From contig CAUAAZ010000006.1 in the NCBI GenBank assembly GCA_958427145.1, positions 13,935-77,934 on the forward strand: DNA of 64,000 nucleotides, written 5' to 3'. Numbering within the stretch: position 1 is the stretch's first letter; each line of letters begins with the position of its first letter. The notes beneath the pieces were generated by a model, which saw only the letters and a list, made by a program, of their open reading frames with translations, ran no database searches and had not been told where the DNA came from. The DNA is from an uncultured Collinsella sp. (GTDB lineage Bacteria > Actinomycetota > Coriobacteriia > Coriobacteriales > Coriobacteriaceae). Shown piece by piece: positions 56,016-64,000 of the stretch. The position numbers were made by a program, and so were the translations under genes.

Positions 56016-56786
56016 TTACATCAATCCAAAGTGCTTCGCGGCGTTGTAGATGCCGTCGTCGTCCACGGCAGTCGTCACATAGGTCGCTGCAGCTTTCACC
56101 GTGTCCTGCGCGTTGCCCATGGCCACGCTCGTGCCCACGGCGGCAAACATCGACAGGTCGTTCTCGCCGTCGCCAAAGGCAATCGCCTCGCTCGCGTCGA
56201 TACCAAGCCGCTCGAGCGTCGCCGCCACGCCCAGGTCCTTGCCGCCGTTAGCGGGAATAATGTCGCAGAACAGGTCGCACCAGCGCGTGGTGAGCGAATG
56301 CGACACGGCGTCGGTCACGATATGCTCGTCGGCCGGGTCCACAAAGGCGCAAAACTGGTAGACCGGTGCGTCAAAGGCGTGCTCAAACGGCTCCTCGTGG
56401 TAGACGATTCCCGCGTTGCTGCCAGCCGTCACCACGCGCTCGGACAGGCGGTTCACAAACGAGTTCTCGCCCTGCATGCACAGCGAGTCGTAGCGCCCCT
56501 GCGCCACCTGGCCCACAATCACCGCGACGTCGTCCGAATCGATCGGGCAGCTGCGGTAAACCCCCTCGGCATCAAAGCAGTGCTGGCCCGAAAGCGTAAT
56601 GTACGCATCCCAGCCCAGGTCGAACAGCCAGTCCGGCATCTGGTAGGTCGGACGGCCCGTGGCGATCACGCACGCAATCCCCTGCTCGTGAAAGCTGTCG
56701 AGCACCTGCTGCGCCGACGCCGGAATCCGGTGGGTCTTAAAGCTCAGCAGCGTGCCGTCGATATCGAAAAACGCGGCTTTGATCAT
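56016..56786 (-). CDS. Cof-type HAD-IIB family phosphatase
   Basis: 256 aa. Motifs FFDIDGTL and GDGENDLSM. Confidence 0.8.
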   Translation of the reverse strand: MIKAAFFDIDGTLLSFKTHRIPASAQQVLDSFHEQGIACVIATGRPTYQMPDWLFDLGWDAYITLSGQHCFDAEGVYRSCPIDSDDVAVIVGQVAQGRYDSLCMQGENSFVNRLSERVVTAGSNAGIVYHEEPFEHAFDAPVYQFCAFVDPADEHIVTDAVSHSLTTRWCDLFCDIIPANGGKDLGVAATLERLGIDASEAIAFGDGENDLSMFAAVGTSVAMGNAQDTVKAAATYVTTAVDDDGIYNAAKHFGLM

Positions 56787-56792
56787 TCTCGC

Positions 56793-58652
56793 CTACTCCT
56801 CGCCCTCGAGCTTTTCGCTCGCCTCGAGCCACGCCATCTCCAGCTCGTCCATGGCAGCGTGAGCCTCGTCGATCTTTGCCTGCTGCTCGCCGAGCGCCGT
56901 GTAGTTGGTGGGATCGACTTGGGCCATTGCTGCCTCGGCCTCCTCAACGCGGGTGCGCTGCGTCTCCATCTTGCGCTCGAGCGAACTCACCTCGCGGCGG
57001 AGCTTCTGGCGCTCGGCGTTGGACAGGCCGTTGGGCTGACCGCTCGACTTGGGCTTTTCGGCCGCAGCTGCCGCGGCACCGGTGTCGAACGTGCCGGTCT
57101 TGGCGCTCGGCGCGCCCACGGGCTCGCCCTCGGCGGTAGCGTTGCACAGGCGCAGGTACTGGTCCACGCCACCGGGCATATGCGTCAGGTGGCCGTCGAG
57201 CAGCGCCCACTGCTGGTCGGTCACGCGCTCCATCAAAAAGCGGTCGTGCGTCACCAGGATCAGCGTGCCGGGCCAGCCGTCCAGCAGGTCCTCGACAATC
57301 GCGAGCATGTCGGTATCCAGGTCGTTGCCCGGCTCGTCCAGGATGAGCACGTTGGGCTCGTCCAGAATCGTCAGCAACAGCGACAGGCGACGGCGCTGGC
57401 CGCCCGAAAGATCGCCGATGCGGCTCCAGAGCTGCTGCGTCGTAAAGCCCAGACGCTCGCAGAGCTTCTCGGGCGAAGTCTCCTTGCCGTCGATGACGTA
57501 GTACTTCTTATAGTTGCCGAGCACCTCGCGGATCGTGTCGCCCATGTAGGGCTTGAGCTCCTCGAGCTGCTGCGACAGCACGCCAAAGCGCACTGTCTGG
57601 CCAATCTTCACGCGGCCGCGCGTGGGTTCAATCTTGCCCTGGATCACGTCGAGCAGCGTCGACTTACCGGCGCCGTTCTCGCCCAAAAGGCCATAGCGGT
57701 CGCCCGCACCAATGAGCCAGGTCACATCGGTGAGCACCTGCTTGGGCGCGCCGTCGGTATCGGCATAGCCGGCATCCACGTCGACCACATCGATAACCTG
57801 CTTGCCCAAGCGGCTCACGGCCAAGCGCTTGAGCTCCAGCTCGTCACGCACGGGCGGCACGTCGGCGATCAGCTCACGAGCGGCATCCACGCGAAACTTG
57901 GGCTTGGTGGAACGAGCCTGGGCACCGCGGCTCAGCCACGCGAGCTCCTTGCGCGCCATGTTGCGACGGCGCTCCTCGGTAACGGCGGCCATGCGGTCGC
58001 GCTCCACGCGCTGCAGGATGTATGCCGAATAACCGCCCTCGAAGGGATCGACCTGGCCGTCGTGGACCTCCCACATGCTGGTGCAGACCTCGTCCAAGAA
58101 CCAGCGGTCGTGCGTGACCACGAGCATGGCACCCTGGCCGCGCTGCCAGCGGGCCTTTAAGTGACGCGCGAGCCAGTTGATGGTGCGCATATCCAGGTGG
58201 TTGGTGGGCTCGTCGAGCATGAGCACGTCGTAATCGCCGATCAGCAAGCGCGCGAGGTCCACGCGACGGCGCTGACCGCCCGAAAGCTCGCCCACCGTGC
58301 CCTCCCAGGGCACATCGCTGATGAGGCCGGCGAGGATCTGGCGCGTGCGGGGGCTCGACGCCCACTCGTACTCGGGGGCGTCGCCCACAACGGCATGATG
58401 CACGGTATCAGTATCGACCAGGTTGTCCTTTTGGCCGAGCAGACCGATCGTCGTGCCGCGGCGGTGCGTCACGCGTCCGTCGTCGGGCTCCAGCGTGCCA
58501 GCGAGCACGCTCAGCAGCGTCGACTTGCCGTCGCCGTTTTTACCGACAATACCAATGCGGTCGCCCTCGCCCACGCCGAGCGTCACGCTATCGAAAATAT
58601 GCTTGGTGGGAAACTCTAGGCTGACGGAATCGCATCCCAAAAGAATCGCCAT
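56793..58652 (-). CDS. ABC-F family ATPase (Uup/EttA-like, no transmembrane domain) with a C-terminal coiled coil
   Basis: Start at MAILLGCDS. Two Walker A motifs (GKNGDGKST, GENGAGKST) and two LSGGQRRR signatures. Coiled-coil tail. Confidence 0.85.
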   Translation of the reverse strand: MAILLGCDSVSLEFPTKHIFDSVTLGVGEGDRIGIVGKNGDGKSTLLSVLAGTLEPDDGRVTHRRGTTIGLLGQKDNLVDTDTVHHAVVGDAPEYEWASSPRTRQILAGLISDVPWEGTVGELSGGQRRRVDLARLLIGDYDVLMLDEPTNHLDMRTINWLARHLKARWQRGQGAMLVVTHDRWFLDEVCTSMWEVHDGQVDPFEGGYSAYILQRVERDRMAAVTEERRRNMARKELAWLSRGAQARSTKPKFRVDAARELIADVPPVRDELELKRLAVSRLGKQVIDVVDVDAGYADTDGAPKQVLTDVTWLIGAGDRYGLLGENGAGKSTLLDVIQGKIEPTRGRVKIGQTVRFGVLSQQLEELKPYMGDTIREVLGNYKKYYVIDGKETSPEKLCERLGFTTQQLWSRIGDLSGGQRRRLSLLLTILDEPNVLILDEPGNDLDTDMLAIVEDLLDGWPGTLILVTHDRFLMERVTDQQWALLDGHLTHMPGGVDQYLRLCNATAEGEPVGAPSAKTGTFDTGAAAAAAEKPKSSGQPNGLSNAERQKLRREVSSLERKMETQRTRVEEAEAAMAQVDPTNYTALGEQQAKIDEAHAAMDELEMAWLEASEKLEGEE

Positions 58653-58710
58653 ATGCCCTGCTCCTTCGTAGAAATTCAACGTTGTCCATGATAGCAGCGA
58701 GCCCCACCCC

Positions 58711-58747
58711 AAACCACCACGAAGGCGCCTGTCCCCTTTGTGGCGGT
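58711..58747. repeat. Palindromic hairpin repeat copy 8 (inverted loop, two stem changes)
   Basis: AAACCACCACGAAGG-CGCCTGTCC-CCTTTGTGGCGGT. Confidence 0.75.
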
Positions 58748-58856
58748 CGTTTCGGTCGCAGAGCAAAAGGCGGGCCATCTCCCGCAAGAGATGACCCGCC
58801 TCTCCAATCAGTCCCGTGGCGACCGTGGCCACCGCGGGCCTCAAGCATGTCCCGGA

Positions 58857-59729
58857 CTAGGAGAACATGCCGGTGAGGTAATCGTTCAGCCGCTGATCCT
58901 TGGGCCGTTGGAAAATCTCGTCAGTCTCGTCGTACTCGACCATATCGCCCATGTAGAAGAACGCCGTGCGGTTGGACACGCGCGACGCCTGCTCCATGTT
59001 GTGCGTCACGATGACGATGGCGCGCTCGGCCACAATCGACGACATAAGGTCCTCGATCGCCAACGTCGAGATGGGGTCGAGCGCCGAGCAGGGCTCGTCG
59101 AACAAAATCACGTCGGGGTTGAGTGCCAGCGTGCGCGCGATGCACAGACGCTGCTGCTGGCCGCCCGAAAGCGCATAGGCGCTCTTGTCGAGCTTGTCCT
59201 TGACCTCGTCCCACAGCGCCGCACCACGCAGGCTTTCCTCGACCATGCGATCAAGCTCGTCGCGGTCGGTAATGCCGTGACGCTTTGGCGCAAACGTGAT
59301 GTTGTCGCGAATGGACTTGCGGAAAGGGTTGGGCTGCTGGAACACCATGCCAATGGAGCGACGCAGCTCGTAGGTGTTTTCGGCCTTGGTGTTCACGTTG
59401 CGCCCGCGGTAGTTGATCTCGCCCTCCACGCGGCAGCCGCGAATCTCGCGATTCATAAGGTTGAGGCTGCGCAAGAAGGTCGACTTACCGCAGCCCGAAG
59501 GCCCGATGAGCGCCGTGATCTCGCCCTTGTGAAAGTCGAGCGACGTATTGTGCAGCGCATGGTGGTCGCCATAGTACACGTTGACGTCCTTGGTGGAGAG
59601 CACGACCTCGTCGCTCACGGCCTTGCCGCTCACGCGCACGCGCTTCTCGCTCTCCCCCACGCTCGACAGGAAGTCCCGGGTGTCGGACGATGCCGCTTCG
59701 GTTGCGGGCGTTACATTCATCTCGCTCAT
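58857..59729 (-). CDS. pstB: Phosphate ABC transporter ATP-binding protein
   Basis: 290 aa. Motifs GPSGCGKST, LSGGQQQRL and ILFDEP. About 40-aa N-terminal extension. Confidence 0.9.
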   Translation of the reverse strand: MSEMNVTPATEAASSDTRDFLSSVGESEKRVRVSGKAVSDEVVLSTKDVNVYYGDHHALHNTSLDFHKGEITALIGPSGCGKSTFLRSLNLMNREIRGCRVEGEINYRGRNVNTKAENTYELRRSIGMVFQQPNPFRKSIRDNITFAPKRHGITDRDELDRMVEESLRGAALWDEVKDKLDKSAYALSGGQQQRLCIARTLALNPDVILFDEPCSALDPISTLAIEDLMSSIVAERAIVIVTHNMEQASRVSNRTAFFYMGDMVEYDETDEIFQRPKDQRLNDYLTGMFS

Positions 59730-60652
59730 TCGGCCGTCATCTTCCTTGCCAGTTGCTTGCCCACAATGCGGGCGATTACGTTAAACAGCAGCACGCAAAT
59801 CATCAGCAGTGCAGCGGTGCCCCAGACGATCTGCTGGGCCTCGGGGCTGCCCTCGCCATAGATCTTGTAGATGTGCACGGCGAGCGACTCGCCGGGACGG
59901 AACACGTTCCAAGCGCAGGTGGGGCTCGACAGGTTAAAGCTCAAGAAGTTCAGGCGAACCGGCGAGCTCATACCCGAGGTAAAAAGCAGTGCTGCGGCCT
60001 CGCCAAACACGCGACCGGCCGAAAGCACGATGCCCGTCACAATGGCAGGCATGGCCTCGGGGATCAGGATGTGCAGCGTGGCCTCCCAGCGAGTGAGGCC
60101 CATGGCCAGGCACGCATCGCGCTGGGCCTGCGGCACGTCCTCGAGCGCCTGCTGGATCACGCGCACCAGGATGGGGATGTTGAACATGGTGAGCGCGACG
60201 GCGCCGGAGATGATGGAGTACTTCCAGCCCAGCTGCACCGAGAACACCAGAAAACCGAACATGCCGACGACGATGGAAGGCAGCGAGGACAACGTCTCGA
60301 TGGCGGTGGAGGCGATGTCGCGGATGGGTCCGTCCGGCGCGTACTCAACCAAAAAGACCGCTCCGCCCAGGCTGATGGGCACCGAGATGATCAGGGTGAT
60401 CAGCAGCAGGTAGAACGAGTCGAACAGCTGGTAGAGCACGCCGCCCTGCGTTCCGTTGGCGCGCGACGGCTCCGTGAGAAAGCCCGGCTGGAACAGCGTC
60501 GAGATGCCCTCGAACAGGATATAGGCCACCATGGAGACGACGATGAGCATGACGATGGCGACGATCGCCGTCAACACGCCCGTGGCGAAGCGGTCCTGCT
60601 TTTGGACACGCCCGAGCCTCGCCTCGTCGATGTGGATACGCGTGCTAGCCAC
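59726..60652 (-). CDS. pstA: Phosphate ABC transporter permease PstA
   Basis: 308 aa, six TM segments. EAAALGMTRW-like EAA loop (ACLAMGLTRWE). 4-nt overlap with pstB. Confidence 0.85.
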   Translation of the reverse strand: MASTRIHIDEARLGRVQKQDRFATGVLTAIVAIVMLIVVSMVAYILFEGISTLFQPGFLTEPSRANGTQGGVLYQLFDSFYLLLITLIISVPISLGGAVFLVEYAPDGPIRDIASTAIETLSSLPSIVVGMFGFLVFSVQLGWKYSIISGAVALTMFNIPILVRVIQQALEDVPQAQRDACLAMGLTRWEATLHILIPEAMPAIVTGIVLSAGRVFGEAAALLFTSGMSSPVRLNFLSFNLSSPTCAWNVFRPGESLAVHIYKIYGEGSPEAQQIVWGTAALLMICVLLFNVIARIVGKQLARKMTAE

Positions 60653-61553
60653 GAGCCTTCGCCCCCTTGTGGCCGATAAGGTGGATGATCAGGATGAAGA
60701 TGAGACTCATGCCCATCAGCAGCAGGCCGAGCGCCCACAGAACATCGTCTTGGGCCGAGCCCTCGGCATAGACTGCCATGGACGTGGTGAGCGTGGTGGT
60801 GATGGTCGAAGCCGGCGACAGCAGCGACGTCGGCATGGCCTCGATGCCGCCGATGACCATGCGCACGGCGAGCGTCTCGCCAAAGGCGCGGGTCATGCCC
60901 AAGATAACCGCGGTCATGAGCGACGGCATGGCGGACTTGAGCACCACGTGCCAGATGGTCTGCCAGCGGGTGTAGCCCAGCGCGAGCGAGCCCTGGCGGT
61001 AGCCGTCGGGCACGGCGCGCAGGCCATCGACCGAAAGCGTGGTCATCGTCGGCAGAATCATGACCGCCAGCACGATGGCGCCGGGCAAGATGCCCAGGCC
61101 CGTGCTCACGTGGAAAACGCTCTTCATAAGACCGACGACCACGTGAAAACCGATCAGGCCAAAGACGACCGAGGGGATGCCGGTCAAAAGCTCAATGAGC
61201 GGCTGAAAGATCTTAGAGCCAAACTTAGGGCTAATCTCGACCGCAAAGATGGCAGAGCCGATGGCGATGGGCAGCGCGATAAGCGTGGAGAGCACCATGA
61301 CCGCAAACGAGGTGACGATCAGGGGCAGGGCGCCGGTATAGGGCAGGCCGTTTTCGGCTGTGTTGGCCAGGTCCCACTTGGTGCCGGTGAAAAACTCGAC
61401 GACCGAGACGCCGTCCTTGACAAAAGCCGAGAGGCCCTTTTGGGCGACCATAAAGATGAGCGCGGCAACGACAAGCGTCACGAGCGCTACGCACGCGCCC
61501 GTGACGCCCAGGCCCACGTTCTCAAGGTCGCGCTTTGGCAGCTGTTTTGCCAT
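60645..61553 (-). CDS. pstC: Phosphate ABC transporter permease PstC
   Basis: 302 aa. EAA-loop-like GSLALGYTRWQ. Overlaps pstA by 8 nt. Confidence 0.85.
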   Translation of the reverse strand: MAKQLPKRDLENVGLGVTGACVALVTLVVAALIFMVAQKGLSAFVKDGVSVVEFFTGTKWDLANTAENGLPYTGALPLIVTSFAVMVLSTLIALPIAIGSAIFAVEISPKFGSKIFQPLIELLTGIPSVVFGLIGFHVVVGLMKSVFHVSTGLGILPGAIVLAVMILPTMTTLSVDGLRAVPDGYRQGSLALGYTRWQTIWHVVLKSAMPSLMTAVILGMTRAFGETLAVRMVIGGIEAMPTSLLSPASTITTTLTTSMAVYAEGSAQDDVLWALGLLLMGMSLIFILIIHLIGHKGAKARG

Positions 61554-61577
61554 TGCAAACCTTTCCGGGGCGATTAC

Positions 61578-62516
61578 TTATTTAGCAGAGACCTTGCCGC
61601 TGGCGTCCTTGACGACCTTCATGGCAGAGACGGGGATGAAGCCCTGCTCCTCGACGAGCTTGCCCTGGACGTCGTCGGAGAGCATAAACTCCAGGAAGGC
61701 CTTGGTGGCCTCGTCGGCGTCCTTGGAGCAGTACATGTGCTCGGTAGCCCAGATCTTGAAGGAGTCATCAGTGACATTCTTGCTCTTGGGCTCGACGCCC
61801 TCGACCTTGATGGCGTTGAACTTGGAGTCATCGAAGTGCGAGAAGTCGAGGTAGGAGATGGCGTTATCGGTGCTGCCCATCTGAGTCTGGACGTCGCCGG
61901 ACTTGTCGAGCTCGGCGTCGCCCTTAAAGTCGACGGCCTCGTCGCCAAAGACGGCGGCCTCGAAGGTGGCGCGGGTGCCGGAGCCGGCCTTGCGGTTGAG
62001 GACGACGATGGTGGCGTCGTCGCCGCCGACCTCCTTCCAGTTGGTGATCTGGCCAGAGAAGATGCCCTTGAGCTGCTCGAGGGACAGGTCGTCGACCGTC
62101 ACGTTCTTGGAGACGACGGGACCCATGCCCACGACGGCAACCTCGTGGTCGACGAGGTTCTTGACCTGGTCGGCCTCGAGCTTGGTCTCGGCAAAGACGT
62201 CGGAGTTACCGATGGTGACGGTGCCTGCGGCGACAGCGGTCAGACCCTTGCCCGAACCGTTGCCCGAGCCGGAAACGGAGACGTCCGGGTTGGCATCCAT
62301 GAACTTCTCGGCAGCAGCCTCGACGAGAGCCTGGAACGAAGAGGCACCGTCGTAGGTCACCTCGCCGGAGACGGACTCGGCAGCAGCGGCGCTACCCTTG
62401 TCGGCGGCGTCGGATGCGCCGGAGCCGCCGCAGCCAACGAGACCGAGACCGACGATGCTGGCAAGACCACCAGCGAGGCCGAGGAACTGACGACGAGAAT
62501 AAGCCTGATCGAGCAT
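61578..62516 (-). CDS. pstS: Phosphate-binding lipoprotein PstS
   Basis: Start at MLDQAYSRRQFLGL (twin-Arg-like signal) with lipobox LVGC. SGSGNGSGKG is PstS-type phosphate-binding sequence. RBS GAAAGGA. Confidence 0.85.
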   Translation of the reverse strand: MLDQAYSRRQFLGLAGGLASIVGLGLVGCGGSGASDAADKGSAAAAESVSGEVTYDGASSFQALVEAAAEKFMDANPDVSVSGSGNGSGKGLTAVAAGTVTIGNSDVFAETKLEADQVKNLVDHEVAVVGMGPVVSKNVTVDDLSLEQLKGIFSGQITNWKEVGGDDATIVVLNRKAGSGTRATFEAAVFGDEAVDFKGDAELDKSGDVQTQMGSTDNAISYLDFSHFDDSKFNAIKVEGVEPKSKNVTDDSFKIWATEHMYCSKDADEATKAFLEFMLSDDVQGKLVEEQGFIPVSAMKVVKDASGKVSAK

Positions 62517-62610
62517 GATCTTCCTTTCATACATGCGACTCGCGGGCACCCTGCCCGCTTTGCTGTTTGGAAAGATACGACCCCGATCGGGCGACAACCG
62601 CGCCAACTGC

Positions 62611-62708
62611 GGTTTCTTACGGGCATTTGATAAACCCTTACCGCAAGCGCGGCAGGGCTTTACAAACGAATAACAATCCAGCGCCAAATATGGCGCACCC
62701 TTTACACC
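62611..62708 (-). promoter_or_regulatory. Candidate Pho-box-like phased direct repeats upstream of pstS
   Basis: On the minus strand there are four GTAA(A/G)(G/A) units: GTAAAGGGTG, GTAAAGCCCT, GTAAGGGTTT and GTAAGAAACC. They are spaced 42, 22 and 21 nt apart, about 100-190 nt upstream of the pstS ATG. Confidence 0.3.
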
Positions 62709-62709
62709 A

Positions 62710-62785
62710 ATAAAAACAAAGTTGCGGTGAAATAGTTCCTGCTTGGCCATCAAATGGCCCATTCTAGGAACTATTCCACCGCAAC
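62710..62785 (-). terminator. Long-stem intrinsic terminator after the dipeptidase gene
   Basis: GTTGCGGTGAAATAGTTCCT / AGGAACTATTCCACCGCAAC arms with an inner GGCCAT/ATGGCC stem. On the minus strand it is followed by TTTGTTTTTAT. Confidence 0.65.
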
Positions 62786-62808
62786 TTAGATTGGGAAACC
62801 GCGAGACC

Positions 62809-64000
62809 TTAAAGCTCCAATTCATTCAAACGGAGGATCGCAACAATATAGATCTTGAGCGCTTGTTTGAGCTGTTCCTCGTTGGCGCACTCGTTGGGGC
62901 CGTGCATCTGGCCGCCCCATGCGGGCAGCTCCAGACCGGTCTCCTCGGGGCCAAACGACACGGCGCGGGCAAAGTTGCGCGCGTACGTGCCGCCGCCCAT
63001 GGCAAAAGGCTCGGCGTGCTTGCCCGTAAACTCGTTATAGGTATCGATAAGCGCCTTCACGGCCGGATCGTCGGCAGACACCGAGAACGGCACCTTTGCA
63101 TGACCCAGGCGACACGTCACGTCAAAGCGCCCCACGAGCGGCTCGAGCTGCTCGCGGATGGTATCGGCGCTCGTGCTATCAGGGAAACGCACGTCGATGA
63201 CCTGCTCGATATGGCCATCCACCACGCGGATGACGCCGGGGTTGCAGGTGAGCGGGCCAAACGCCGGGCTCGTCGCGTCGATACCCAGGCCGCGACCATA
63301 GGCGTCCGCATGCACAAAGGCCAAAAACTTGACAAACTCGTGCTCGGCAGGCGTCAGCAGGCGCTCGCCGCGGGCACCAAACGCGTCCTCGGCCTCGCGC
63401 AGATACGACACGATCAGGCCGACGGCATTGATCGTCCCCTCGGGCATCGAGGCGTGACCGCCAATACCGTGGGCGAAAATCTGCACATGACCATTGTCGA
63501 GAGCCGTGATCTCCAGGCGGTCAGCATTCTCGACCGGCGCCGGCAGCTCATCGGCGGCAATCGCGAGCTCGCAGATGGACTGCGACGGAATGGCATTGCT
63601 CGCCTCGGCGCCGCTCCACGACACGATGCGCCCGCCGTCGATCTTGGGACTCACGAACGTCGCCCCAAACTGGCCCTTCTCGGCATTGCAGACCGGGAAC
63701 TCAGCATCGGGCGTAAACAAAAAGTCGGGGTCTGCGTGGTTCTCCAGATAATGGTGAACGTCGGACATGCCCACTTCCTCATCGCAGCCCAGCAGCGCGC
63801 GGAAGGTGTAGCGCGGAACAATGCCGTGCTTGAGCAGGTACGCGCCGGCATAAAGCGACAGCACTGCCGGGCCCTTGTCGTCGATCACGCCGCGACCGAG
63901 CAACCAGCCCTCGCGACGCTCCATCGCGAACGGATCGGTGTTCCAGCCAGGGCCGGCGGGAACCACGTCCACGTGGCAGATAGTCGCGAGCTGCTTGTCG
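62809..64000 (-). CDS. M20-family dipeptidase (PepV/Sapep-like), N-terminus beyond the window edge
   Basis: The frame stays open to the window end (...DKQLATICHVDVVPAGPGWNTDPF carries the HxD motif). Also GRGVIDDKGP and C-terminal GGQMHGPNE. Confidence 0.8.
   Translation of the reverse strand, partial: DKQLATICHVDVVPAGPGWNTDPFAMERREGWLLGRGVIDDKGPAVLSLYAGAYLLKHGIVPRYTFRALLGCDEEVGMSDVHHYLENHADPDFLFTPDAEFPVCNAEKGQFGATFVSPKIDGGRIVSWSGAEASNAIPSQSICELAIAADELPAPVENADRLEITALDNGHVQIFAHGIGGHASMPEGTINAVGLIVSYLREAEDAFGARGERLLTPAEHEFVKFLAFVHADAYGRGLGIDATSPAFGPLTCNPGVIRVVDGHIEQVIDVRFPDSTSADTIREQLEPLVGRFDVTCRLGHAKVPFSVSADDPAVKALIDTYNEFTGKHAEPFAMGGGTYARNFARAVSFGPEETGLELPAWGGQMHGPNECANEEQLKQALKIYIVAILRLNELEL

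Noticed and set aside
1-64000. Search for an integrase, phage genes, restriction-modification or toxin-antitoxin pairs, a retron or DGR reverse transcriptase, and secretion-system genes.
   Set aside because: None recognised in any frame. The only mobile-element-like coding sequence is the Y1 transposase-family gene at 3201-4010.

Overview
Visibly GC-rich bacterial chromosome segment (GC not computed). Gene content suggests an anaerobic high-GC Gram-positive, probably Coriobacteriia-like: a Rho with a very long disordered N-terminus, PflX-type radical SAM, DegV and a GGGtGRT gene. This taxonomic call is an inference. Most of the window is housekeeping: sufB(partial)-sufD-sufS-sufU, tRNA-Lys x2 and tRNA-His, rho, argS, proA and proB, pncB, tRNA-Ala, trpS, pckA, serC-serA, pstSCAB, an ABC-F ATPase and an arsR-HMA-P1B ATPase metal operon. 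I found no CRISPR array, rRNA, integrase, prophage or recognisable defence system. The parts worth a second look are listed here. (1) A NifU-like + GGGtGRT gene pair of unknown function sits just after the suf operon. (2) A domesticated-looking HUH/Y1 transposase-family gene lies between them. (3) Several dispersed intergenic repeat families are unusually abundant: eight copies of one ~40-nt palindromic hairpin at gene 3' ends, degenerate 27-bp tandem units carrying a GTGCCGGCAC palindrome, and two ~130-bp elements bounded by inverted repeats. (4) A visibly AT-richer ~1.85-kb island carries a single DUF559/Vsr-like gene followed by a 255-bp MITE-like element with 45-bp terminal inverted repeats. 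(5) A 127-nt near-perfect palindrome lies between the metal ATPase and a DtxR-family gene. (6) The serC-serA neighbourhood holds a short DUF1015-like gene and two histidine-phosphatase paralogs, which are candidates for the missing phosphoserine phosphatase. (7) A terminator-ended structured leader is a riboswitch candidate. All functional calls come from reading the translations by eye. No database search was run.
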